A stretch of DNA of 64,000 nt from an uncultured Gammaproteobacteria bacterium (GTDB lineage Bacteria; Patescibacteriota; Microgenomatia; Daviesbacterales; UBA10151). The position numbers and the translations under genes were made by a program. The notes below the pieces were generated by a model. It made no database searches. It was not told the origin of the DNA and was given only the letters and a program-made list of their open reading frames with translations. The stretch spans positions 257,520-321,519 of the forward strand of contig CAZCNP010000001.1 in assembly GCA_964500725.1 (NCBI GenBank). The letters run 5' to 3'. Each line of letters opens with the position of its first letter. Within the stretch, counting starts at the first letter, position 1. Of the stretch, positions 1 through 9,222 are shown piece by piece.

Positions 1-289
1 TTAAAGTTCCTTCATTAGAAGGGTTCAGACCCAAATTAGCCTGTTGAATAGCTTTGATCACATCATTTAAAACTGATGCATCCCAGACTTGAACTGTCAG
101 TAGAGAAGGTTGAGGAGCAGAAATATTTCCCACCTCATTTAATTTCATCTGGGATCCATAAACTGAAATTGGAATATTTTCTATCAAAGCAGGATTTGCC
201 CTACCTGCTCTAATACTTGCAATCTCCACCTTAAAATGATGGATGGTATTATCAATCTTTTCACTTGGTCCAGCCAAAACAGGATCCAT
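1..289 (-). CDS. frr: Ribosome recycling factor (5' part; runs off the window start)
   Basis: Not in the ORF track. Manual translation from ATG at 289 gives MDPVLAGPSEKIDNTIHHFKVEIASIRAGRANPALIENI...QVWDASV...IQQANLGLNPSNEG, with the RAGRANP and LGLNP RRF motifs. Lies downstream of tsf. Confidence 0.95.
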   Translation of the reverse strand, partial: MDPVLAGPSEKIDNTIHHFKVEIASIRAGRANPALIENIPISVYGSQMKLNEVGNISAPQPSLLTVQVWDASVLNDVIKAIQQANLGLNPSNEGTL

Positions 290-350
290 AATATTATTGT
301 AAGTGTATCAGTGACGAAACCACAAGTAAACAAAAAAGGACAAGCCAACT

Positions 351-806
351 TTACTCTCCTAAAGCAACTCTCTCAAACCTACCCACCTGAATATTTTCTC
401 CTAATTTCCCTATCATTCCTTTAATTAACTGTTCTATAGTTTGAGAATTATCTCTGATATATTCCTGAGTTAATAGCTCTTCCAAAGATGAAGGGTTCAT
501 AGAAGCAATTTGCAAAGCTAACTCGTGGGCTAAATTTTTAAAATCATCTGTTCTGGCAACAAAATCTGTCTCACACAAAAGTTCTACTAAAACTCCAACT
601 TTGCCACTGTGAGAATAAACATCAACAATTCCTGCCTTAACTTCTCTTTCACCTTTTGAGGCAGCTTTATCAAAACCTTTTTTCCTCAAAATTTCTTTGG
701 CCTGCTCCATATCTCCGCCAGACTCATTTAAAGCTTCTTTACAATCAGCTATACCTGCTCCAGTCTGTCCACGAAGTTTTTTGATATCTTCAAGCGTTGT
801 AGCCAT
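351..806 (-). CDS. tsf: Elongation factor Ts, short form
   Basis: IKKLRGQTGAGIADCKEAL, ELLCETDFVA, KLGENIQVGRF; follows rpsB. Confidence 0.97.
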   Translation of the reverse strand: MATTLEDIKKLRGQTGAGIADCKEALNESGGDMEQAKEILRKKGFDKAASKGEREVKAGIVDVYSHSGKVGVLVELLCETDFVARTDDFKNLAHELALQIASMNPSSLEELLTQEYIRDNSQTIEQLIKGMIGKLGENIQVGRFERVALGE

Positions 807-809
807 TTT

Positions 810-1661
810 TTACTCTACTATTCTGTCTGCTTCTTTAATTGCTGCTTTTTCTACTTTTTCCTCAACCTCTGCTACTTCAACAGCCAATGCCTCTCCTACA
901 GATACTTCTCCTGTTTCTTTCTTTTCTTCTGCCTTTTTCTCTTCCTGCTTAGCTAATTTTTCAGCAATTTTACCTGCTTCTTGTTTACCTGCTTTATAAG
1001 CCTCAGCCACAGCTGTAACTAAAATTTTAATAGATTTGATAGCATCATCATTACCAGGAATAGGATAATCTATCTCTGTAGGGTCAGAATTTGAATCAGC
1101 CAAAGCTACTACCTGAGTTTTTAACCTGTTTGCTTCTCTGATTGCAATATTATCTGAGACTGCATCCACCACAAAAATTACATCAGGTAACTTATTCATA
1201 TTCATTACTCCGGCAAAATCAGCCTGTAGCTTAACCATTTTTCTTTCCAGTAAAAGCTGTTCTCTTTTTGTGTATTTGGAAAGCTGACCCTTTTGTTTTT
1301 GTTCTAAATACTCTTTTAATCTTTTAATATTTTTCTGGATTTGTTCAAAGTTTGTTAAAAAACCTCCCATCCATCTGTTTACCAAATATGGAGCCTCTAA
1401 ATCTTTAGCAAGTTCTTCTATAATAGGTTTTGCTTGTTTTTTAGTTCCAACAAAAAGCAACACTTTACCTTCTTTACCAAGGCTATAGACAAATTCACAA
1501 GCTTCTTTTAACAGCTTTTCGGATTGAGTTAAATCAATAACAGAAACACCTTCTCTTGCTCCATAAATATATGGCCTCATTCTGGGATGACCACGTCTGA
1601 CTTGGTGCCCAAAATGAACACCAGCTTCTAATAATTCTTGTAATGTAGGTAATTTGTACAT
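810..1661 (-). CDS. rpsB: 30S ribosomal protein S2
   Basis: LLEAGVHFGH, FVGTKKQA, RWMGGFLTNF, PIPGNDDAIKSI. Confidence 0.98.
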   Translation of the reverse strand: MYKLPTLQELLEAGVHFGHQVRRGHPRMRPYIYGAREGVSVIDLTQSEKLLKEACEFVYSLGKEGKVLLFVGTKKQAKPIIEELAKDLEAPYLVNRWMGGFLTNFEQIQKNIKRLKEYLEQKQKGQLSKYTKREQLLLERKMVKLQADFAGVMNMNKLPDVIFVVDAVSDNIAIREANRLKTQVVALADSNSDPTEIDYPIPGNDDAIKSIKILVTAVAEAYKAGKQEAGKIAEKLAKQEEKKAEEKKETGEVSVGEALAVEVAEVEEKVEKAAIKEADRIVE

Positions 1662-1737
1662 TTTCCTTATTCACCTCTATCAGCATATAGCTTCAGGAAA
1701 ATCTAGACTGATAGATGTTTAATGTTTGGTATTTTAC

Positions 1738-2007
1738 CAGGATTACTCCAGTAAAGCAAGCTTATCTTCTATTCCCAGAATATCTGCCCCCGAATCAACT
1801 AAAACTTCATTTAGATACCAAACCCAACATAGGGGGGCAGGGTTTTTGGCATATGAGCCAAAATTGGCTTTTGGAATCCTTTTTTTTGGCTTTGGTCCAA
1901 GCTTCCTTAGCTGTTTTTCCAAAAGAGACTACAGTCCTTTCATCATCTTTCAGAGCTACCCATAAACCTTTGTATTTTTTATAAATATTTGTCCAATCAA
2001 TAGCCAT
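1738..2007 (-). pseudogene. Frameshifted DUF5678-like small gene followed by a collapsed retropepsin-like aspartyl protease remnant
   Basis: MAIDWTNIYKKYKGLWVALKDD from ATG 2007. One extra A in the A8 tract (T8 at 1880-1887) gives the C-terminus KKKGFQKPILAHMPKTLPPYVGFGI*. Just downstream, EVLVDSGADILGIED carries the DSG protease motif but has no intact ORF. Confidence 0.55.
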
Positions 2008-2077
2008 AATGTTTTTATTATATACCAATTTTGCAAAGATTTTATATGAATTTTTAACATTGGTATATAATTTCCTC

Positions 2078-2548
2078 ATGGCTAAACTTAAGGTTAGAAG
2101 ATATAAAAAAGAAGATAATCCTATGGTTTGGCAGCTTCATAGGTTGGGTTTAGCAGAAATTGGTATAAAACCTACTAAAAACAGCCCTTGGGAAAAGGAC
2201 TTATATGATATAGAAAATGTGTATTTAAAAGATGGAGATTTTTTAGTTGGTGAATATGAAGGTAAGGTAGTAGCTATGGGAGCATTCAAGAAAAATTCAG
2301 ATGAAATATCAGAAACAAAAAGAATGAGAGTCCATCCAGATTATCAAAGACATGGATTTGGCACAGCAATTATTCAAGAATTAGAAAAAAGAGCTAAAAA
2401 GTTAGGTTTTAAAAAGATGATCTTAAATACCAGTGAAAAATGGATTAAAGCCCAAAGTTTTTATACCAAAAATGGTTATCAAGAAACTGGCAGGGAAGTT
2501 TTTGATAAAAAATACCATGCTATTTTTTATGAGAAAGAGTTGGAATAG
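2078..2548 (+). CDS. GNAT family N-acetyltransferase
   Basis: KRMRVHPDYQRHGFG acetyl-CoA motif and AQSFYTKNGY. Start re-assigned to ATG 2078, 6 nt after TATAAT. Confidence 0.9.
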   Translation: MAKLKVRRYKKEDNPMVWQLHRLGLAEIGIKPTKNSPWEKDLYDIENVYLKDGDFLVGEYEGKVVAMGAFKKNSDEISETKRMRVHPDYQRHGFGTAIIQELEKRAKKLGFKKMILNTSEKWIKAQSFYTKNGYQETGREVFDKKYHAIFYEKELE

Positions 2549-2564
2549 ACTTACGTTAGAGATT

Positions 2565-3059
2565 TCATCTTTCTAGTTCCAAGAATTTATATTTAAACCC
2601 CTTAGATTCAAATTCTTCTGATTCCCAAACTACTTTTTTAAACTCTGAATAATCAGGAAAAACCGTATCTCCCTCAATTTCTGCCTGTATTTCAGTTATA
2701 TATAACTTATCAGCTTTAGATAAAGCTTGTTTATAAACCTCTCCTCCACCAATAATAAAAACCTCCTCACTTCCTTCCTTACCTCTTGCTTGTTGTAATG
2801 CTTCTTGCAAAGAATGAACAACAACACACCCTATTGCAGTATAGTTTGAAGAGGTTGTAATCACAATATTAGTTCTATCTGGCAAAGCTTTGCCAATAGA
2901 CTCATATGTTTTTCTACCCATAATAATTGGGTGACCATTAGTAATCTCTCTAAATCTTTTAAGCTCTCCAGGAATATACCAGGGCATACCACCTTTTTTA
3001 CCTATCACTCTTTTTTCCCCAGCTACAGCAACAATGATAGAGATTTTTGGCTTAATCAT
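2565..3059 (-). CDS. folA: Dihydrofolate reductase
   Basis: VIGKKGGMPW, IIMGRKTYESIG, LPDRTNIV, IIGGGEVY, GDTVFP. Confidence 0.96.
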   Translation of the reverse strand: MIKPKISIIVAVAGEKRVIGKKGGMPWYIPGELKRFREITNGHPIIMGRKTYESIGKALPDRTNIVITTSSNYTAIGCVVVHSLQEALQQARGKEGSEEVFIIGGGEVYKQALSKADKLYITEIQAEIEGDTVFPDYSEFKKVVWESEEFESKGFKYKFLELER

Positions 3060-3062
3060 ATA

Positions 3063-4043
3063 TTAACCTGCCATCTTGCCTGTTTTGGGGTCATATAATC
3101 CTCCAGCTACAGTCAATTCTGCTTTTAATGCTGGATAAGGATCATAACCCTCTAAAGTAATGTATTCTGGTTCAAAATCATCTAAACTTTTAAAGTTGGT
3201 ATTGAATTTAACTTTAGGAAAAGGCTTGGGCTTCCTCTTAAGCTGCTCCTTAACTTGCTCTATATGATCTTCATAAATATGCACATCTCCAAAAGTATGA
3301 ATAAACTCACCTGGCTGCAATCCTGCTATTTTTGCCAAAATGAGGGTCAAAAGAGCATAACTTGCAATATTAAAAGGAACACCTAGAAATAAATCAGAGC
3401 TTCTTTGGTAAAGCTGTAAAGATAATTTTCCATTTCTATTGCTAACTTGGTACATATTATGGCAAATAGGAAAACGGGAAGCATCCTCATATGTGGCCAT
3501 GGTATATAAATATTCTGGATTCCAAGAATTTACTATTAAGTTTTTAGCATCTGGATCATCTTTTAACTCCTGCATTACCCATTTAAGCTGATCTATTGTT
3601 CTGCCTGGAGTTCTAGTGGGCCATTTCCTCCACATCTCTCCATAAATTCTGGGCAGTTCTCCATATTTTTTGGCAAATTCCTCATCAGTCCTAATTTTTT
3701 CTACAAATTCTTCTTTGGTAAGTTTAGTAACTTTTCCCTCTTCTGCTTTTTTGGAATAAATTTTATAAGGATAGTCATCCCAGATATGAACATTATTATC
3801 TACCAAATATTTAATATTTGTTTGTCCTGACATAAACCAGTAGAGCTCCTGAATAACTCCTTTCCAGTAGACCCTTTTAGTAGTTAGAAGAGGAAAACCA
3901 ACTGATAAATCATATCTGGTTTGCTTGCCAAATAAACTATACAGGACAATCCCTGTTCCTCTATCTACCTTTTTTATCCCTTTAGTTAAAGCTTCTTTTA
4001 AAAGATCTAAATATTGGTACTCTTGATGCTTTGGTCTTGGCAT
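3063..4043 (-). CDS. thyA: Thymidylate synthase
   Basis: DRGTG, FPLLTTK, PICH catalytic Cys, YQRSSDLFLGVPFNIASY, GDVHIY. Confidence 0.97.
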   Translation of the reverse strand: MPRPKHQEYQYLDLLKEALTKGIKKVDRGTGIVLYSLFGKQTRYDLSVGFPLLTTKRVYWKGVIQELYWFMSGQTNIKYLVDNNVHIWDDYPYKIYSKKAEEGKVTKLTKEEFVEKIRTDEEFAKKYGELPRIYGEMWRKWPTRTPGRTIDQLKWVMQELKDDPDAKNLIVNSWNPEYLYTMATYEDASRFPICHNMYQVSNRNGKLSLQLYQRSSDLFLGVPFNIASYALLTLILAKIAGLQPGEFIHTFGDVHIYEDHIEQVKEQLKRKPKPFPKVKFNTNFKSLDDFEPEYITLEGYDPYPALKAELTVAGGLYDPKTGKMAG

Positions 4044-4046
4044 AAT

Positions 4047-4616
4047 TTATACTTGTTGCTCTTCCTCATGAGGACTTACTCTCCCCCCTTGATGCTGTCC
4101 CCTGTACCCTATTGTTTGCCCCTCAATTTTATAAAAAACAATGTTACAAATTCTAGCCCCCATTTGCAGCTTAACATCAAATTCAGATAAGTTTTTGAGT
4201 CCCATGGTTAAAGCTCCTTTATAACCTGGGTCAGTTTTGGAATTTAACAAAAGTAGTCCTGCCCTAAAAAGTGAGGTCCTGGGAAATAAAACTGGCATTA
4301 AATCTTTTGGGGTATTAATAATTTCTAATGTAGAAACTAAATAATAATCTCCTGGCTTTATAACCACTTCTTCCTGTTTTCTCTTTCTACTGCTAAATTC
4401 TGCTAAAACTTCTGTTTGTACCCCTTTTCTTTTTCCCAAACCAGCTTTCCCATCAGCTTCTATAAACGCTCCCCCTGAGGTAATTTTGTATACAGCCCCC
4501 AGTCTTAAATCCACACCTACTCCTTCTGGATTCTCTAATTCTCTTTTTCCAAGGTTGTCAATTAGTCTATCTTTTTTTATTCTTCTATGGACTTCATCTA
4601 TACCAATTACAGACAT
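4047..4616 (-). CDS. dCTP deaminase/trimeric dUTPase family protein, probably a dUTPase
   Basis: GVDLRLG, PRTSLFRAG, DPGYKG, GARICNIVF. The deaminase Glu position reads TMGL. Confidence 0.75.
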   Translation of the reverse strand: MSVIGIDEVHRRIKKDRLIDNLGKRELENPEGVGVDLRLGAVYKITSGGAFIEADGKAGLGKRKGVQTEVLAEFSSRKRKQEEVVIKPGDYYLVSTLEIINTPKDLMPVLFPRTSLFRAGLLLLNSKTDPGYKGALTMGLKNLSEFDVKLQMGARICNIVFYKIEGQTIGYRGQHQGGRVSPHEEEQQV

Positions 4617-4673
4617 AATGATTTTTAAGTGGCGAAGTTTGAGCCAGTCAAAAAATAAAACAAACGAGCCACA

Positions 4674-5279
4674 TTATTTCTTTGATTTTCTTTTTCCCAT
4701 TAAATTAGATACTTGTGGTAAATCTGACCCACCATATCTATTATTTGGACTATTTTTATATGACCTCTCAACAGGAGCCGCTAACTTTTCAAAAGAAAAA
4801 GCACAAATAGGAGACCCCTCATAAATAACTAGCTTTTTACCCTTTAAAAATGTCCCAAACTCTAAGACAGGACAACCATCCCAACCAGGATCAAACCTGG
4901 CTGCAGTTGAATGGACTACCACCCCTAGCCTTGCTAAAGAACTTTTACCATGAAGGTGTCCAACAATATTGTCTGGTAAAGTTAATTTTTCTTTAGTGGT
5001 GGCAATCACAAAATCATGATCAGTTAAGATAAAAGGCTGGCCTGGCTTTAGCTCCACTAACTTCATCATCTTTTCCATATCTTCTTTGTTAGTATGTTTA
5101 GTATCTATAATATCCCACCCATCACCGGAAAATACTCTTAATTTATTACCTAGATGAAAATCAATGGTAACCTCATCTACATTCTGCTCCCAATCTTTGC
5201 TGATTGGATCAATTTTAATAATGCCTTTTTTAATATGCTCTTTAATAACCCAATCAGGGAGGGTGCCCAAAATATCCAT
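4674..5279 (-). CDS. dcd: dCTP deaminase
   Basis: IDFHLG, GKSSLARLG, FDPGWDGCPVLEF with the catalytic Glu retained. Confidence 0.88.
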   Translation of the reverse strand: MDILGTLPDWVIKEHIKKGIIKIDPISKDWEQNVDEVTIDFHLGNKLRVFSGDGWDIIDTKHTNKEDMEKMMKLVELKPGQPFILTDHDFVIATTKEKLTLPDNIVGHLHGKSSLARLGVVVHSTAARFDPGWDGCPVLEFGTFLKGKKLVIYEGSPICAFSFEKLAAPVERSYKNSPNNRYGGSDLPQVSNLMGKRKSKK

Positions 5280-5338
5280 GCAAAGATCCTATTAGGTTTG
5301 ACCACTTTTTTCAAGTAGGAAGTTAAATAGTTATTAAC

Positions 5339-6064
5339 TCATATCCCTAGTATTGTTCTTAATCTCCTTAAAGCCTCTGCCTCTTTTTCGCTTATTCGTT
5401 GCCTGCTTAAGCTATGTTTTTTCTTAAGCTGCGCAAAACTAAGAGGTTTTTCAGTCAAATAGCGATCTTGTAAAATAGTTTGTTCTATTTCAGATAGCAC
5501 ACCTAGTAAGCCTGATTGTTGAGCTCTTTGAACAATATTTGCATTGTCTTGTTTAATGACTCCTTGTCTATTTGCTTTTCTAACATCAGCTGTTTCTTCT
5601 AACCATTCTCTCAGTCCTTTATTAATCTTTGCTCTTACATCAGGCGATCGCCTCACTGCTATTCTCCTAGCTCGTCTTTCCTCATCCTGCCAACTATCTT
5701 TCATTCTTTGAACCACACCTTCCCGTACTGCCTGATCCTTCCAAGTTTCTTCTTTTGTACGAGTGGGGTAACCATACTGTTTAAGCCAGTTAGAAACCGT
5801 TATTCCTCCCACATCGACAGCTCCATTACTAAGCTCAACAATATCTCTGGCCACAGCTTTAGCAGTTAAACTTGCTGAAAAATATCTTGCAAACAGATAA
5901 CTGCCCAAATCACCAACATATTCTTCGGCTTGGGCAGCAATGGGACTGATTGCTGAGGCAGTTATTGGAAGCCTCATGGTTCTAATTGCCTCCAATGAAA
6001 TGCCTGAAGTTAGTTTTTGGGGTTTATTTCCTATTTGACGTAGCGGTAAATCTCTTTCTGTCAT
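5339..6064 (-). CDS. Hypothetical protein with C-terminal sigma70 region-4-like HTH
   Basis: LSEIEQTILQDRYL...LSFAQL...LSRQRISEKEAEALRRLR resembles sigma region 4. No region 2 seen. Confidence 0.65.
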   Translation of the reverse strand: MTERDLPLRQIGNKPQKLTSGISLEAIRTMRLPITASAISPIAAQAEEYVGDLGSYLFARYFSASLTAKAVARDIVELSNGAVDVGGITVSNWLKQYGYPTRTKEETWKDQAVREGVVQRMKDSWQDEERRARRIAVRRSPDVRAKINKGLREWLEETADVRKANRQGVIKQDNANIVQRAQQSGLLGVLSEIEQTILQDRYLTEKPLSFAQLKKKHSLSRQRISEKEAEALRRLRTILGI

Positions 6065-6124
6065 GGTAGTTTCAGTTGATCCTGTAGTATAAATGAAGCC
6101 TTGGGAAAAATCAAATAGGGTGTG

Positions 6125-6778
6125 TTAGTTAGGCACCTTTAGACAATCTATGATTTCTTGATGGATATCATCTGGAATCCTCATGACTTTACCTTTCATA
6201 CAATTTATTACCTGCCAATTTTCTTGTTGGGCCAGGTCTAAATAGATTTTGCTTGCCTGCTGCAGATGTTTTAAATCCTGTTCATGTAAGTCTTGGAATC
6301 TACCTAAAACATTTTTTTGCCCTACTTGAGGATCAATATTTAAAAAGATTGTTAAATCTTCTTTAGGCATACCATTATCCCTATATTCCAGTTCATCCAA
6401 CCACTTGAAGAATTCTTCCCTTTTTTCTTCGGACAAGTTTGCTCCCATATGAGCCTTAGAAGAAGATACATACCTATTTGCTAAAACTATTTTCCCTTCA
6501 GATAACCATTTTTCTATTTTTGGCTTTGCTAACAATCTATCTCCAGCAAAAGCTAAAGCTAAAAGATATGGATTAACTGTATCAATAGATCCAAACTCCC
6601 CCTCTAAATACCTTTTAATTAATTTTCCATAAATATTATCTTCATATCTAGGGAAACTGACTACTTCATAGGGAACCTTTTTATCTTTTAAATACTGGGC
6701 AAGTAAATTAGCCTGGGTAGTCTTACCAGACCCATCAATCCCTTCAATAACAATTAATTTCCCTTGATTTTTGTCCAT
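6125..6778 (-). CDS. tmk: Thymidylate kinase
   Basis: IVIEGIDGSGKTTQ P-loop, FPRY, LANRYVSS. Confidence 0.93.
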   Translation of the reverse strand: MDKNQGKLIVIEGIDGSGKTTQANLLAQYLKDKKVPYEVVSFPRYEDNIYGKLIKRYLEGEFGSIDTVNPYLLALAFAGDRLLAKPKIEKWLSEGKIVLANRYVSSSKAHMGANLSEEKREEFFKWLDELEYRDNGMPKEDLTIFLNIDPQVGQKNVLGRFQDLHEQDLKHLQQASKIYLDLAQQENWQVINCMKGKVMRIPDDIHQEIIDCLKVPN

Positions 6779-6852
6779 AAATGTGTTATATTTACTGCAT
6801 CACGATGAGAGGACTACCAAAGGGTTTTATCCCGCGGGAATGCCTCTCTTTT

Positions 6853-7341
6853 TTATCGCTTCACTTTATTTTTAAACAAATTTACAGAAACAATATAGTT
6901 GGCAAATCTCCTTAACAAGGACGAGTATTTGTCATTAGGAACAATAATTTTAGCAAGTTTGTCCTTTTTATCTAAATATTCAGCAAGACAGTAAAAATCG
7001 CCATCTCCTGAAATAATGATTGCTTTATCATAATGAGGAAACTCTATCATTGTGTGAAGTACTAATTCAGCATCAACATTACCTTTCGTATCACCAGAAC
7101 CCTTCTTTTTTCCCTCGACAGTAGGTTTAAAAATTATTTTGTAGCCTGCCTCTCTCAAAAACATATATAAAGATTCATTCTTGGAAATGTAACCAATAAA
7201 AAGGAACGCATGTTGAACTTTGTATTTAGCAGATAAGTATTTCCGAAATCTTGCAAAATCTAGAATCCAGCCGCTACTTCTAACTCCTAAGTTTAAATTC
7301 TGGCTGTCAATAAAAGCATAAACCTTTTCCTGTTTCTTCAT
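6853..7341 (-). CDS. NYN (LabA/PIN-like) domain protein
   Basis: AFIDSQNL, KGNVDAELV, ISGDGDF. Confidence 0.9.
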   Translation of the reverse strand: MKKQEKVYAFIDSQNLNLGVRSSGWILDFARFRKYLSAKYKVQHAFLFIGYISKNESLYMFLREAGYKIIFKPTVEGKKKGSGDTKGNVDAELVLHTMIEFPHYDKAIIISGDGDFYCLAEYLDKKDKLAKIIVPNDKYSSLLRRFANYIVSVNLFKNKVKR

Positions 7342-7545
7342 ATAAACCTACTTTAAATCAAACGGGGAAATATTCAAGAGGGAAAATCACTTAGGCTCGC
7401 ACGAACCGTCCTTGTAAGACTTGGAGGGAGGAATCCTAAGAAGGCAGGCTATCAAATTTTTCTAACTCCTCTCGTTCACGTTCATTCATAGCAGGGATGA
7501 TACCATAAATAGGCAAATAGCTACACTTTTTGGCAGATCTAACAG

Positions 7546-9162
7546 CTATTTTATGTTGATTCCTGAGGCTGCTTTGATAAAACCTACAAATAAAGGATGT
7601 GGAGACAGAGGTCTTGATTTTAGCTCTGGGTGAAACTGGGTTCCTACAAAAAATGGATGATCTGGTAATTCTACAATTTCGACTAATTTTCCATCTGGAG
7701 AAGTACCTGCAATGATCATCCCACCATTTGTAAACTGCTTTAGAAACTCATTATTAAACTCATATCTGTGCCTATGTCTTTCAGAGATTTCTGGCTTTCC
7801 ATACAGTTTCCTAACCAAGGTTCCTTCTTTCAACTTACAATCCCAAGCTCCCAATCTCATAGTTGCCCCATATTCTCTCTTTAAAAGCTTTTTTTCCTGA
7901 TCTGGCATGATATGAATAATTGGAAATTTAGTATGCGGGGCAACCTCAGTAGTATGAGCATCAAGCATTCCTAAGACATTTCTGGCATATTCTACACAAG
8001 CAAGCTGCATTCCATAACAAAGTCCAAAATAGGGAATTTTATTTTCCCTACAGTATTTTATAGTAGCAATTTTTCCTTCAATATCCCTTGACCCAAATCC
8101 TCCTGGCACAATTATCCCATCAAACTTTTCTAAAACCTGTTCCCTTTCTAGAACCTTTCCGCTATCCAACCAAGTTATTTCTGGCTTTAACCTTTCTGTC
8201 CAAGCAGCATGCTTGATGGCCTCAATCACAGAAATATATGAATCAGCCAAAGTAAAATCACCTGTTGAAAAATACTTACCCACTATAGCAATCTTAACTG
8301 GCTTAGAGACAAAATCTATCTTGCTAACAAATTCTCTCCACTCTTTTAAATCTTTTTCTTTTCTTGTTAACCCCAGCTTACTGAGTAATCTATCTGTTAA
8401 AGCCTGACTATCAAATCCAATTGGAACCTTATAAATACTATCAACATCAGGAGCAGAAATAATATCCCCTGGCTCCAAACCTGTAGTAATGGACAACTTT
8501 TTTATCCTAGAATTATCAAGAGGTTTTTCACTTCTGGCTAGAATTACATCTGGCTGAATACCTACAGCATTTAAATCCCTAACAGACATTTGCGCAGGTT
8601 TACTTTTCATCTCCCCAATTGATGCTGGAATTGGCAAATAAGTAATATGGACATGAGCTACATCTTGGGGATTTTTCAGCTTCATCAATCTATTTGCTTC
8701 CAAAAACAGAATATTTTGGTACTCTCCGGTTGTGCCACCAATTTCTATTACTACCACATCTGCATCTTTGGCTTTACCTGCTTCTTTGGCTCTTTTGATA
8801 ATTTCTGAGGTAACATAAGTTACAACATCTACGCATTCCCCATCATATTCAAGGTTCCTTTCTCTTTGAATAACAGAAAGATATATTGATCCTTGAGTGG
8901 CAATGCTGTTTTTATTTAAGGACTCATTCATAAATCTTTCATAATGACCTAAATCCTGATCTGTTTCTGTACCATCATCCAACACAAATACTTCACCATG
9001 TTCAATTGGGTTCATGGTGCCTGCATCCACATTTAAGTACGGATCCATCTTTATAGGCACAACTTTATATCCCGCTGATTTTAAAAGTAGAGAAATTGAG
9101 GCAGTTGCAATGCCTTTGCCCAAACCACTAATAACACCACCACTAACAAATATATATTTCAC
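7546..9162 (-). CDS. pyrG: CTP synthase
   Basis: GGVISGLGKG, DPYLNVDAGTMNP, VPGGFG, GLCYGMQ, ERHRHRYE, QFHPE. Confidence 0.98.
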   Translation of the reverse strand: MKYIFVSGGVISGLGKGIATASISLLLKSAGYKVVPIKMDPYLNVDAGTMNPIEHGEVFVLDDGTETDQDLGHYERFMNESLNKNSIATQGSIYLSVIQRERNLEYDGECVDVVTYVTSEIIKRAKEAGKAKDADVVVIEIGGTTGEYQNILFLEANRLMKLKNPQDVAHVHITYLPIPASIGEMKSKPAQMSVRDLNAVGIQPDVILARSEKPLDNSRIKKLSITTGLEPGDIISAPDVDSIYKVPIGFDSQALTDRLLSKLGLTRKEKDLKEWREFVSKIDFVSKPVKIAIVGKYFSTGDFTLADSYISVIEAIKHAAWTERLKPEITWLDSGKVLEREQVLEKFDGIIVPGGFGSRDIEGKIATIKYCRENKIPYFGLCYGMQLACVEYARNVLGMLDAHTTEVAPHTKFPIIHIMPDQEKKLLKREYGATMRLGAWDCKLKEGTLVRKLYGKPEISERHRHRYEFNNEFLKQFTNGGMIIAGTSPDGKLVEIVELPDHPFFVGTQFHPELKSRPLSPHPLFVGFIKAASGINIK

Positions 9163-9222
9163 GCTAGCATTATCCTTTGTAGCCTTTAAAAAAACAAGTC
9201 TTTTCTTAAATATGGTATAATT

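Noticed and set aside
7380-7545. Intergenic stretch between pyrG and the NYN gene as a riboswitch or ncRNA
   Set aside because: Only a 17-codon ORF and weak pairing; no recognisable aptamer.
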